Source of the DNA: Phaeosaccion multiseriatum
Lineage: Eukaryota > Protista > Ochrophyta, other classes
Direction of reading: 5' to 3'
Assembly: GCA_965112735.1 (NCBI GenBank)
Contig: OZ218951.1
Span: forward strand, 4,030,001-4,094,000
DNA: 64,000 nt
Positions 34,037 to 46,900 of the stretch are shown one piece after another. Under the pieces are notes generated by a model. That model saw only the letters and a list, made by a program, of their open reading frames with translations, was not told where the DNA came from and did no database searches. Position 1 is the stretch's first letter. Each line of letters starts with the position of its first letter. Made by a program: the position numbers and the translations under genes.

Positions 34037-36514
34037 ATGTGCTGGCGCGGCTTCGCCCCTGTGGCGCTCCTGACGTGCGCCTGCGGCCTGCAAGCCGAGG
34101 CATTCCTTGCACCTACGAACCCTGCTCGGCTCAGCTCATGGCAGGTCTGTGATCGATCATGTGGAGGTGGCTGTGTGTTTGGCCTCATGCCTTGCGTGGG
34201 CGTGTGTGTTAGTGTCACTGCCTCTGCCACCCTTCCTCCCTGTGTTTCTTACACGTGGGCGGAGAGGGGGAGGTTTCGTGGCACGGAATTGCGTGGTGTG
34301 GCTCTCACTCTCCTTCCTGTTCTTCACCCTCCTTCCCCTATACTCCCCCCCCCCCCCTCCCGTTCGTGTGTACGTACACTTGCTCAGATCTCGCATAGGG
34401 ATGCTAGAGAAAGCTCCATTCATACCAGGAGGGGCGGGCATAGCGGCAGAAGGAGTAGCCGGAATGAGACCCGCGCGAGAAGCTACAACCCTCGCCTGAC
34501 CTTCCAAGACCGCTTAGCCCCACTAGCAGGAGGAGCACTCACAGCAGGGCGAGGGAGAAGGAGGAGTAGACACATCCCTGCTGTTGCGGCAAACGTAGAT
34601 GACGATCTCGATGCGTGGAGTGTCGGAGGCGAGGAGGAGGTGAATGATGCGGAGAGTGAGAAGGATGGAGAGGAAGGAGAGGCAGCCTGGGGGGATGATG
34701 AGGACACGTGGGCTGCTGCCGGCGATGGCGATGGCACCGAGGGTCCTGCTGCTTCTTCAACTACTAGTAGTGGTGCTGATGATGATGGCAATGCGGATAC
34801 GGATGTGTGGGCCGCGATAGACGATTGGGCTGCAGCCAGCGATAGCGACAGCGCCGAGGGTGGCGATGATGATGCCGACGGCGGGGAGGCTGATGCGGGT
34901 ACCAACGAAGCAGCTTCTGGGCCAACTTCTGCTTCGTCTGCTACCGATGCTGGGATTGATACATGGGCCGCGATAGACGAATGGGTTGCTCAAGACGGTG
35001 GTGGCGAGGAGGGGGACGACACCAACGGTGATGATGGTGATGGCAGTGAGACAGGAGGTGGTGACGAGGCGGGGGAAGGTGGGGACAAGCCGTCTGACTA
35101 TGGCGATGTCGCTGTTCCTGTCTGGGAACCCAAGGCGGCCTCACCCGTTAGCAACCTGAGCGCCTTCACCAGATCGCGAAGGAGAGGACGACCGTCCAAA
35201 GCCACCAACATGGCCGGGCCGCCCGGTCCCCGGCACCCTAGGAACCTCATTCGTCAGGCAGTTCGTCCTGAGGAAGCAGCAGACCCTGCTGGTGGTAGCG
35301 GGGAGGGGGTCGACGACTATGGCGGGATTGGTGGGTATGGACCAGATGGCGACTATCAGGGTGGCGGTGGGGCGGAGGTGAGGAGGAGGGAGGAGGACGA
35401 CGAGGTAGAGCAAGACGAGGACTTTTACTATTACGGAGAGGAGAACGTGGACTTTGATCAGAAGGACAAGGACGCGGAGCCTCTCCTCTTTTTCGACCCT
35501 CCGGAGCACGAGAATAGCCTGCCCAGACGGCAACGTATGAGGGCAGAAGACGAGTACCAGAGGGACGGGGAGGCCGGGCCGGTGTATGTGGACGAGCTTG
35601 GGGTGGAGTTCGAGTATGTTCCTGTCGATGAGGGCATCGGAGTACGCAGGGGACAAATCGTAAGTGGGAGGGGGAGGGGGAGGGGGAGGGGGAGTGATCT
35701 CCCATGGTGAGGAGGAGAGTAGGGGTTGGAGACAGAAGACAAGAGCCGAGAAGTGGTGGAGGAAGGGAGCGCAAGGGTTACTGACTCGAAATCCCTCTCT
35801 CTCTCCCCCCTCCCCTCCGCCCTCGCCCCTTGCCTCTCTCTCCCTCTCTCTCGCTTTCGCTCTCCCTCTCCCTCACCCCCCCCCCCCCCCCGACCTCTCT
35901 CTCTCCTCCTCTCCCCCCATCTCCCTGCTGCCTGCGTCTCTCTCCCTCCCTCTCCCTCTCCCTCTGTCTCTCTTTCCTCACCTCCTCCTACACAACAGAC
36001 AATCGTGTACAAAGACAAAGACATGCCCGAGAACGCCATTCTCGCCGAACATGTCAAGGCAAAGGTGCGTCTCGTCCTCGGGCTCGATATTGCGCATCGA
36101 TATCGATAACATATCTATTGTGTGGATCGAGTAATTAATGAGCGTGTATGAACTATCTGAAACTCAAAACAAACACAGGTGCACGAGCGTTTCCACGGCA
36201 TTTTGGAGTGCAACAGCTACGTGGTGGACGACGAGAACTATGATATTGAGGGAGAGAGAAATCACCTCTTTGACATTTACATGGAGTCGGCGGAGAACCT
36301 CATGCTGTACTCCAGACAAACCTCCGACAGGAACATTCCGCTCACCGACGAATATCTGGACGGGATTTTGGACGAGGTTGAGATTCAGACTAGCGACAAT
36401 CAGCTCAGGTTTATTCACACAACCATATGGCCTACTTCGGGGCGTATTACCGTGCTGCGGAAGGAGATGAAGAAGAAGGCAGGAGGCGGGGATGACGATG
36501 ATGATGACCAGTAG
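34037..36514 (+). CDS. Hypothetical plastid-targeted acidic protein; exons ~34037-34144, 34388-35659, 35999-36064, 36179-36514
   Basis: Signal peptide ending AEA-FLAP, Arg/Ser-rich transit-like stretch, D/E/G-rich middle, globular-looking C-terminus; phase-0 GT-AG junctions. Confidence 0.65.
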
Positions 36515-37591
36515 GTGCGGGGAAAGGGGGGGAGTGCGTGGCTGAGCGAGGAGGGGTGGGAAGAGGAGGAAGAGGAGGAAGATATGGAGGGAAAGGACGA
36601 GGAGGAGGGCTGTTGTTAGTGAGGAAGACAGGACTTTTCTCCCTCCCTCTCCAGGCCTGTTATAAGAACACCACTACATACATCCATACAGACATTCTTC
36701 GCCCTCCCCACCGTGCCATGATGGGAGGGTACGGAAAGCATCCGTTTCTTGCCAGCGGCGGCAGTGTCTAATGCGTAAGTAAACGAAAGGGTATGTAAGG
36801 GTAGTCGTACTGCTTCGGTTTCAGCTTATTAGACCTTACTGACCACCACTCTGTCCATGGGGTCTCACACTCGGCCGAGCAACTTCCTTCCAACTTTCTC
36901 AAGCCGAATCATGAGGCGCCTTCCTTCCTTCCTTCCTTCCTTCCTTCCTTCCTTCCTTCCTTCCTTCCCTCCTTCCCTCCTTTGCTCCGGCCCCGCGCGG
37001 GGGAAGGGGCAGGGGCGACACACGACACACGCCGAACGCACTCAAGCGAGTCGAGGCGAGGAGGCAGTGGTCAGTTACCAGTGATCAGTGGACTGTGTGT
37101 GCAGGGGGGCGTGGCCATGCGCGTGTGGGGGGCACTCTACGACGCTGGACACAGTGGGGCAGTGCCGTGCCCGCTCTCGGACGACAGCACCATGAATGGT
37201 AATGGATGGCCCCTACCCAGAGCGAGCATCTCCATCTGCATGTCCATATACCTCTACCCTGCCCTGCTCTGTTCTGCCCTGCCCATGTACCTTATGGGGC
37301 GGTGAACTCTCTGCACTGCGTGTGCGTATGGAGTGAGGCAGGGGCAGCAGCAGGAGCAGGAGGGACGCGCGGGAGGGTCCATCCGTCGGGGTATTGGGTA
37401 TGGCACGGGAGGAGCAGCCTTGTCCCTCCTTCCCTCCATCATCCTTCCTTCCCTGCTTCTTGGCCCGTCTCATGCGTTGCATTCTCACCGCGGCGTGTCG
37501 ATGCTATTGGGCAGAGAGGACTTTCATACCGAGTGCCTGCCTCCCGTCTCTCTCTCTCCTCGCTTTGCTGTCCTTCTTGCCGTCAAACGCT

Positions 37592-38744
37592 TCAAAGAAT
37601 CTGAGGGGCAGGCCACACGACCTCTGCCTCTTGACACACGTCCACCGGCGTGTCGAACATATCCATGAACTCTGTCACACTCATGTACTCGTCCGACGTA
37701 GCAAGCGTACGCACGAGCTCGTTGCACGCCACAAGATGTCCATGCTTGCGCTGCAGGGTGGAGGAGGACATGTGCCCTGCGTGATGCACCATCTCCTCGG
37801 CCAGCTCCCCAAGCTTGCTGGAGAGGAAGAGGGAGAGGGGGGGGAGGGAAGAGGAGGAAGGCAGGCGGCGCTAAGACAGACGACGAGGAAGGATGAAGGA
37901 GGATCAGGAGCAGGAGCAGGAGAAAGGGTTTAATAGCGGGCTACAAGATCTGCCCCGCCGCCGTGGACGAAACCTCCTTTCTGGAGCACGACTCTCTCTC
38001 TCTCTCTCTCTCTCTCCTTGCGGCTCCACTCACTCCATGACTCTCCAAGCAGCGTCGGTGGGGTCCTCCTTTTCCACGGTCTCTGGACTCAGGGTGAGCT
38101 CGTGGTGATGCCAGTGGTGAAAGTACGGCGTCGCGCAGTCCTCACTCGACGTCAGCACGCGGACCTCCTCCATACCACATCCCCCCTCCGCTCCCCGACC
38201 CAGGGCCGTCTGCAAGGCTCTCAAGAAGCTGGTGTTTGTGTCCAGGCTGGTCTCGATCATGTGCAAAACCGACTCGCCCTGCACCACGAGGAGGCCTGTC
38301 ACAGGAGAGCGCTTGTTGCTGTTGCTCTCTTCATTATTATTGTTGTTGCCTCCTTGCCCCTCCTCGTCCCCATCCTCCAGAGCGATTGCTTCAAACACCC
38401 CCTGGTGGAACTTAATCACGGACTCGGCGGACACATTGGGGGACTTGGTGGCGGCGAGGAGCATGCGTGTGATGCTTGCCCTCCCGCCCATCCTGGCCAT
38501 TTTCGTATCCACAAAGTCCAGCAGGCTGCTACCGAGCTCCGGCCCATGGCCTGTTGTGTCCACCGCCACAAAGAACAGCCAAGAGACGTGGTGAGATGAT
38601 GGGCAACGAAATCGAGGACACTTTACAAACCACTTTCTTCTCCCTCTCTTACTTACCGGGACTGAACGATGTCACCGTCAGTGGCTGGGTGGGGCCAGTG
38701 TCCGAGGCAGGGATGGGAGTGAAATAATGGTCTGCGGAAGCCAT
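37592..38744 (-). CDS. TEX47: TEX47/C7orf62-like protein (3 exons)
   Basis: VTGLLVVQGESVLHMIE, VRVLTSSEDCATPYF, YMSVTEFMDMFDTPVDVCQEAEVVWP resemble the family as I recall it; splice phases consistent. Confidence 0.55.
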
Positions 38745-38936
38745 CTTGTCTCCTCCTCCTTGTGTGAGGGGCCCACGGCAGGATCAAGTATAGTATCTGA
38801 TACTGAAGACAAAAACGCGCTCTTTCCTCTCTTGTAACGTAACGTTTCACGGTCCTGACACCAAATTCGTTGACATATTTCGTTGACATAATTTGACCGA
38901 ACGGGACGCTGACGATCGGCGCCCAGAACCCGCGCC

Positions 38937-39928
38937 ATGGCCGTAATGAGCCTGTGCATATGCACACTCGTGTTGCAGCTCAGCCTCGGCTACTTCAGCT
39001 CTGCGTCTGCCTTCGTCGCGCCGGCAGGGACGGGCCTTGGTTCGGTAGCAGGGAGGGTGACCACGAGCGGCCCTGCTCTCGCTGGCGCCGAGCACCCAAC
39101 GTGCAGTACTAGTAGTAGCAGCAGTAGTAGTAGAAGCAGCAGCAGCAGCGGCGGCAGGAGGAGGAGCCGCCAACGGCTGGACTCGGCGGTGGTAGCGCAC
39201 TCGCCGGTAATAGCAGCGGCCAAGCAGCCGGGTGCGGCTGACCTGGACTGGGAAAACCTGGGCTTTTCATGGCGAGACACCAATTGCCATGTCAAGTATA
39301 CCTTCAGAGACGGGGCGTGGGACGAGGGCGAGTGCGTGAAAGATCCATACGTGAAGGTGCACATCGCCAACACGGCCATGCACTACGGCCAGGCCGTGTT
39401 TGAGGGCATGAAGGCCTTCCAACAAAAGGACGGGAGCGTGCGCATTTTCCGCCCGCAGGAGAACGCCGAGCGCATCCGCAACAGCGCCAAGCGAATTCTC
39501 ATGGAACCCCCTCCACCCGAGCTGTTTGTGGAGGCGTGTCGCCGAGCGGTGCAGGAGAACCTTGAGTTTGTACCGCCGTACGGGAGCGACGGGGCCTTGT
39601 ACATCCGACCTCTGCTGGTAGGCACCGGGGCTCGCATCGGCCTACAGCCGTCGGATGAGTACACGCTGCTCGTCATGGTCATGCCTGTGGGGAGCTACTA
39701 CAAGGTATGCTTTCTGTGTGTGAGAGAGGGGGGGGGGGAGGGAGAGCGAGAGAAGAGGGAGAGACAGAGAGGAAAGGGAGAGAGAGGTAGTCTCCCCTCT
39801 TCCTTCCCGTTAAGTACCGCGGCCTCCATGCTTGTTAGCCCCTCCATCCCCGGTCCCGTGTCCGCTCTCCTCACACCTATGCAACCGTACTGCTGCTGTG
39901 CCCGCTGTGCTGCCTCAACTCCCGTTCT

Positions 39929-39964
<36 letters not shown>

Positions 39965-40511
39965 GGGAGGGATGGGAAAGCCCGCCACAGCGGTTGTGGT
40001 GGACAAGTTCGACCGTGCCGCCCCCAAGGGAGTAGGAGCGGCCAAGGTAGCAGGCAACTACGCCGCAGACATGCTACCCAATATCGAGGCCAAACAGGCA
40101 GGTTACCCCATATGCCTCTACCTGGACGCCAAGACCAACACCTTGGTGGAGGAGTTTAGCACGTCCAACTTCTTTGGCATCACGGCAGACAAGAAAAAGT
40201 ATGTGACCCCCAGCTCCCCTGCCGTGCTGCCGAGCATCACCAATAAGTCACTGATGGAGATTGCCAAGGACCGAGGCATGGTGGTGGAGAAGCGAGACAT
40301 TCCCCTGGAGGAGGTGGAGTCTTTCTCCGAGGTGGCGGCGTGCGGGACGGCCGTGGTGATGACGTGCATAAAGTCGATTGTGACAGAGGACAAGGTGTAC
40401 AAACTGGGGGATGGTAATGTGGGGCCCGTCTGTCAGAGTCTGTACGACGAGGTCAGGGCCATTCAGAACGGAGAAGCACCGGACCCGCACGGATGGATGG
40501 TAGAGGTGTGA
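38937..40511 (+). CDS. BCAT: Branched-chain amino acid aminotransferase, plastid-targeted; intron 39705-39965
   Basis: ASA-FVAP bipartite signal; MHYGQAVFEGMKAF, LYIRPLL, KVAGNYA (PLP lysine), VLPSIT, ACGTAVV. Confidence 0.95.
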
Positions 40512-40944
40512 GAGTGAGGGGGTGGTGGGAATACCTCCGGGGATCTGCGGGTCTTGAGGGTCTGAGGATGTGAGGGCCTGAGGTTTTCCACCCCCCTCCC
40601 CCCTCCCCCCGGACTTGCCCCTGGTGACAGCGGCGTCAGCGGCGTCCATAGCAACATTAAAGTGACGACAAAAGGCTTATTGAGGCGCAATAGCATAGCA
40701 AGAGAGCGACGAGAAAAGAGTCGGCAGGAGGGTCTTTCCAGGAGATATACTTCGAAGTATAATATAACAATAGAAGAGGAGGAGAGGGATGGAAGGAAAG
40801 AAGGAAATGGACTAGTTACCTCAACCCCCCACGTGCCCCGGTAAACTGAAACTGGCCTCCCACCTTCTCCGCCTCCTTCCACAGCTTCTCTAGATCGCGG
40901 TTAATAGCCGCACCAAAGAGCAAGGAATTTCCCCGGCTCTACCC

Positions 40945-43900
40945 ATGGCCAGTGGAGGGAGCTCTGCGGCGAGGGAAGATGGCAGCGGGCTCTCTTCTGC
41001 AGGCATTGCTGAGCAACCTTTCTCTCTCCCCCCAGCTTCAACTTTGACTGACCAATCCGTAGCCCGGGATCTGCGAGGTGCTCCTCTCCTGAGCAGCACA
41101 CCTCTGAACACTCATGATGAGCAGCAAGGGAAGATGGAGCTGAATGAGTTAAAAGCCGTCTTCAACAGGTGAAGAATGCCTTTTGTTTCCCCTCCCACCT
41201 CTTCCCTTGCTGACCTTTCCACCCCCCCTTCCCCCCCAACGCCAACGTAACAGCATCATCAGCGGTAAGGAGAAGCCTCTACTTGAGTTCAGAGACGTGA
41301 TTCGATGCCCCGAGGTGGCTGCGCAGCTGGACGCCGGCGACCTGAGCGTCGATTCGCTGGAAGCCCTCTGGTTGGAGGCGGCCTCCGGGGTAACAGCAGC
41401 AGCAGCACCACCAGCAGGGAGCCCACAGGACAGCAAAGGAGGTAGGTACAGGAAAGATCTCCGGTGCTTTCGACAAGGCGTAAGCAACAAGCAGGGTGTA
41501 AACTCCTTTCTTTCCTTGCTCTCCTTGAATTTTTCATTCACTTCTGCTCTTTTGCAGCGTGGGGCATCATGACGGCGCTTCCCTTTGAAGGCTTCCTCAT
41601 GTTCCTGCAGCGGGCAGAGGACAGCTTGATGCCTTGTGGTGCTGGGCCTGGAGTAGAGGGCGACAGCAAGAGCCAGCGTGAAGGGAGTGTAGAAAGAGCC
41701 CCCAAAGTGGCCGGAGAGGACCTCGAAGAGGTGAGAGGGTGTGTGTGTGTGCGAGTGTGTGTGTGTGCGTGCGTGTGTGTGTGCGAGTGTGTGTGTGTGC
41801 GTGCGTGTGTGTGTGTGTGTGAGAGAGAGAGAGCGACTCACGGTGCTGCTCTGTTGCATGAGGTCCATGCACTGCTCTGTACAGAGGCAGAGACAGAGAG
41901 CAGTCCTTCGCCAGTTCCTTCGCCAGCGACCGACCCTAACCCTTACCTTACCCCACACACGTGCGGCTGGCCCCTGGGCCTCTGTTCCCCTGTGGCAGCA
42001 GGTCATCATGGCCCGTGCGACGGAGTTGGTGACTGCACGGCATGTGCTGCTGGGAATGCTCAGGGCCACGCTCACAGCGCACTACAGAGGCGATAGAGGC
42101 TTGGAACAGAGCGAGGAGAATATGGAGGGCAGGGAGGAGGCACGAGGAGAGGCACTGAGGGCCGCCTTGATCCGAGCGACAGTAGAGCAGGTATGTATGT
42201 ATGTAACATGTACTTCGTAGTATGTATAAGTGACTACCGTGTGCGTGTCTGCCTGTCTGTCTGTCTGTCTCTCTCTGTGTGTGTATGTGTTTGTGTGTGT
42301 GTGTGAGTGTGTGCGTGTGTGTGTATGTGTACGTACATACATAAGGTAGAGTGGGAGCTTGACGTGATACATGCATGTCACGGAATGCGACACTGAGAAG
42401 AGGGAACGGGGAGAAGAGCCCTCGCCCAGTCAGTCAGTCAGTCAGTCAGTCAGTCAGTCAGTCAGTCAGTCAGTCAGTCAGTCAGTTCCCCTCTTCTTGG
42501 TGACGTCACCCGTGCCCCTCTCAAACCTCCCGGGCCGCCGTCTTTCCCCCCCAGGGTCTTGTCCACCGCGAGTCCAAAGAAGCTCTGCAGCACCGTGGAG
42601 TGTACCAAACGCAGACCTCCAATGCACATATGGAGAAGGTAAGCAGCAAGCCAAAGAGCAGACAGGCAGCAGACAGGCAGGCAGGCAGGCAGGCATGGAG
42701 TGGAGTCAAAGGGAGGGAAGGGGGTTTGCTTTTGTGCTTGAATGACAGGGCCTTCTCCCTTCCCTTCCCTCCCTCCCTGCCTCTCTCCCTCCCTCCCTCT
42801 CTCCCTCCCTGCCTCTCTCCCTCCCTGCCTCTCTCCCTCCCTCCCTCCCTCCCTCCCTCCCTCCCTCCCTCCCTCCCTCCCTCCCTCCCTCCCTCCCTCC
42901 CCCCCTTCCTCCTGTCCCCTCTCTCCCTCTACCCTCGTCCGCATGTCATCAGACGCGAGCCTCTGCCCAGGTGGCGCATATGCTCAAGCGGCAATCTTCC
43001 AAGGAGGAGCTGTTCAACAGAGGTATCTTGCATGGCCAGGCAAGCACAGCCCTCAGCCGCCAGCTCGACTTGGACCTGAGGAGCAATATGGTGAAGCACC
43101 AACTCGAGCGGCGGGAGTCCAAGCAGCAGCTGGAAGCCGCAGGTGGGTTGAGACTCTTGGTGATGAGGACGATGGGTAAGCAGGGTTGAAGTACAAGAAC
43201 GACTACATCAGGAGGAAGAATAAGAGGAATAAGAAGACTGAACCGAGTGATGGCGCGGTCTATACCTCGCTGCCAGCCAAACAGCCCTGCTCATGCATGT
43301 CGACGCTCTTATCTCTCTCTCTCTGTCACTCACACCACGCCCCCCTCCCTCATCGCGCTGCGCCCCTTCGATTGTTCCTTTCACTTGATTAAGGCATTAT
43401 CGTGCCAACGTCTGAAGACGGCGTGTCGTCACGGGATGTCGAGCTCTCGTTTCTTGCGGCAAAGCTCAGCCACGACCTACAGCATAGGGACGACAGGTTA
43501 GTGAGTGAGGGAGTGAGGGAGTGAGGGAGTGAGTGAGGGAGGGAGTTGGGTTGAGTGAGTGAGTGAGTGAGAGAGGGGGGAGGGAGGGCGGGGAGAGGGG
43601 GAGTGGAGAGGGGGAGATAGGGAGATGCAGAGAGGGGAAGAGGGGAGGGAAGGGGAAGGGATTTCTCCCTCCATTTCTCCCTCCTTCCAACTCACGCATA
43701 CGCGCACGCACGTCCTCCCTCTCTCCGGCGGCGGCACATGTCCATGCCCCCCTTTGCCTCTACGCACGCACACACGCACGCACACACGCACGCACACATG
43801 CACCAGAGAGGCCCTTGTGCAGAAAGGTGTGCTCATGCCCGACTCGGAAACCTCCGCCGCTCAGCAGCACCTCGATCACAAGCTGGCGGAGTCGGTGGTG

Positions 43901-46900
43901 GGGCACGAATTGGCGCGTAGGAGCAGCCTGCAACAACTCGTGGAGCAAGGCATCTATCAGACCCCCACGGAGGGTCCTCAGGACGGCACGGAGACAGAGG
44001 CAGAGAGAAAGACGGAGATGGATGAGAACAGGCGCGTGGGGCGGCAGCAGCAGCAGCAGCAGGAGGGGGATGTGAGGGCAGGAGTGGCCGGAGTGGGGGA
44101 GAAGGAGCTGCACAGCAACGACCACACCAACGACCTGCACAGCAATGAGCACTTGTGGGCACAGAGAAACCTCAAGCACGGGCTGGAGCGGAGGCACTCC
44201 CTTTCGGAGCTGCACTCGATCGGTGTATATCACTCACGCTTGGAGGGCAGGATACAGGCCTTGGAGTACCTGCTGGCCAGAGTCGCGGTCAAGGTAACGT
44301 GTTCGGTGTCCGTATGGGCGGGGGTGGAGGGGGTGGGCGAGGAAAGGAGGGGGTTCTACATGATAGTTGATGCGTCTGGATGGCTCACTCACTCACGCAC
44401 GCACGCACGCACGCACGCGTCCGACCCCCCGACCCCCTACCTTTTGTACAGCACCAACTGGAGCAGCGTGTGCCCTTGGACACCTTGTCGGACAGCTTGA
44501 CTGCGGCGGGTGTGTATCGGAGTCTGGAGAGGGAGGAGCAACGGGAGCGGCAGAGGAGCGACACAGAGAATGCCCTTGAGGAGCGGCTGGAGAAGAGGCC
44601 CTCGAGGGAGGAGATGGAGCAGCGAGGTGAGTGGGGGAGAGGGGGGGGCGAGACAAGGAGAGTTGGGCGGGGGGGATGGGGGTTGAGTTGTTTAGAGAGG
44701 GGAGCGGAGGGGCACATTACACCTTCCCGTCCCCTTCTACCCTGCACATTCACTGCCATCGTCCCACAACAACCCTCCTCCTCCTTCTCTTCCTCCTTGT
44801 CTTCCTCCTCCTCCTCCTCCTCCTCCTCCTCCTCCTCCTCCTCCTCCTCCTCCTCCTCCTCCTCCTCCTCCTGCTCCTCCTCCTCCTCCTCCTCCTCCTC
44901 CTCCTCCTCCTCCTCCTCCTCCTCGTCCTCCTCCTCCTCTACCACCCCCTTGCTCCACGCGCAGGCTTGCTCGAAGCGGGAGATGAAGTCCTGCGAGCGT
45001 ACAACGAAACGGCCAAGAGGGGGGGGGCGCCTCCCCATCCCGCCTCAGCGCACACGACCACTCACATGATGATGTCTAGGCCGTATGTAGAGGAGCTGGA
45101 CCGACGAGGACTTATCTGCCCCTTCAACAAAGCAGCCGTTGAAGCGACGCGCGCCGGCCTAGCCCTACACACGCCGGAGGAGAGGGAGCGCCTCGAGAGC
45201 AGCGGTGTGCTTAGGTCGGATCAGGGTAAAGCACACGATGAGCGCATGAGTGAGGCGAAGGAACACCTCACGCACGCGGTAAGAAGGAAGGAAGGAGGGA
45301 AAGAAGGAGGGAAGGAAGGAAGGAAGGAAAGAAGGAAAGAAGGAAGGAGGGAAAGAAGGAAGGAAGGAAAGAAGGAAGGAAGGAAAGAAGGAAGGAAGGA
45401 AAGAAGGAAGGAGGGAAAGAAGGAAGGAAGGAAGGAAAGAAGGAAGGAAGGAAGGGAAGAAGGAAGAAAGGAAGGAAAGAAGGAAGGAAGGAAAGAAGGA
45501 AGGAGGGAAAGAAGGAAGGAAGGAAGGAAGGAAGGAAGGAAGGGAAGAAGGAAGAAAGGAAGGAAAGAAGGAAGGAGGGAAAGAAGGAAGGAAGGAGGGA
45601 AGGAAAGAATGAAGGAAGGAAGGAAAGAAGGAAGGAAAGAAGGAAGGAGGGAAAGAAGGAAGGAAGGAAAGAAGGAAGGAAGGAACGAAAGAAGGAAGGA
45701 AAGAAGGAAGGAGGGAAAGAAGGAAGGAAAGAAGGAAGGAAGGAAGGAAAGAAGGAAGGAAGGAAGGAAGAAAAGAAGGGATGGAAAGAAGGAAGGAAGG
45801 AAGGAAGGAATGAAGGAATGAAGGAAAGAAGGAAGGAAAGAAGAAAAGAAGGAAGGAAGGAAGGAAGGAAGGAAAGAAGGAAGAAAAGAAGGAAGGAAAA
45901 AAGGAGGTGCATGGGGTGCATGGCTGAGGTGAACGATTGACTGATTGAGTGATTCCGCTCGGCTCCTCCTGTCGCTGCTGACCATGACCCTGACGTCGAT
46001 CCTCTCGCTGCCCTGACACTTGGCTTGACACTTGGCTTGACACTTGGGTTGACACTTGGCTCGACACTTGGCTTGACACTTGGCTTGGCAGCTGGAGCGG
46101 CGTCTGAGCTCCGAAGACCTCCTGGCGCGGGGCATCTTGCTGCCAGGAGCCGGGGCAGCCGCCGAGGCCCCTCTCGTGCGTCAACTCGAGAAGCATCTTC
46201 TGGCAGACAGCCTCAAGCACAAGCTCCAGGACCCAACCAGGCCCACTTCGCTCGACCTCATGCGCCAGGGTGAGTGCCGCCCCCTGCCGTCGCCCTTGAC
46301 TTGCTGCCATGCACTGCCATCGGTCAGCTGCTACCCGTCCACTGCCATCCACTGCCTTCCACTGACCCTCCCATCCACCCACCCACCCACCCACCCACCG
46401 GCCTACCCACCGGCCTACCCACCGGCCTACCCACCGGCCTACCCATCCATCGACACACGTACCCTTCCACCCACAGGGCTGTTGCTGAACATGAGCCACG
46501 AAGAGATGGAGAAGGAGCGTGGAAGGGTCCGTGAACAGCTACAGGCCAAGCTCGCGAGCAGAGCCACAAGGGCAGCCTTGGAGGCCCAGGGAGTGCTGCT
46601 CCACCATGAGGGCTTGGAGACCTCGGGGGGGGGGGAGGGGGAGGAGGGGCGGGCCTTCCGCTCCTTGAGTGAGAGTCAAGTAACAAGTCAAGCAGCAACA
46701 GCAGGAGGAGGAGGAGGAGGAGGAGGAGGAGGAGGAGGAGAGGAAAACACGCACCACACGCGCACGCATTCGAACGGCTCCTTCGAGGTGCTACTGAAGA
46801 AGACCCTGCTCGCCAAGGGCCTCAGCGCTCACCTTGGGGACCCGGAGGAGGAGCTTTCGAGACTTAAACAAAAGGGCCTCTATAGAGAGATTCACCATGT

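Noticed and set aside
1298-38744. Sex-determining region suggested by palindrome + ECO1 + HOP1 + TEX47-like
   Set aside because: Gene density is high and housekeeping genes are interspersed; cannot be supported without strain comparisons.
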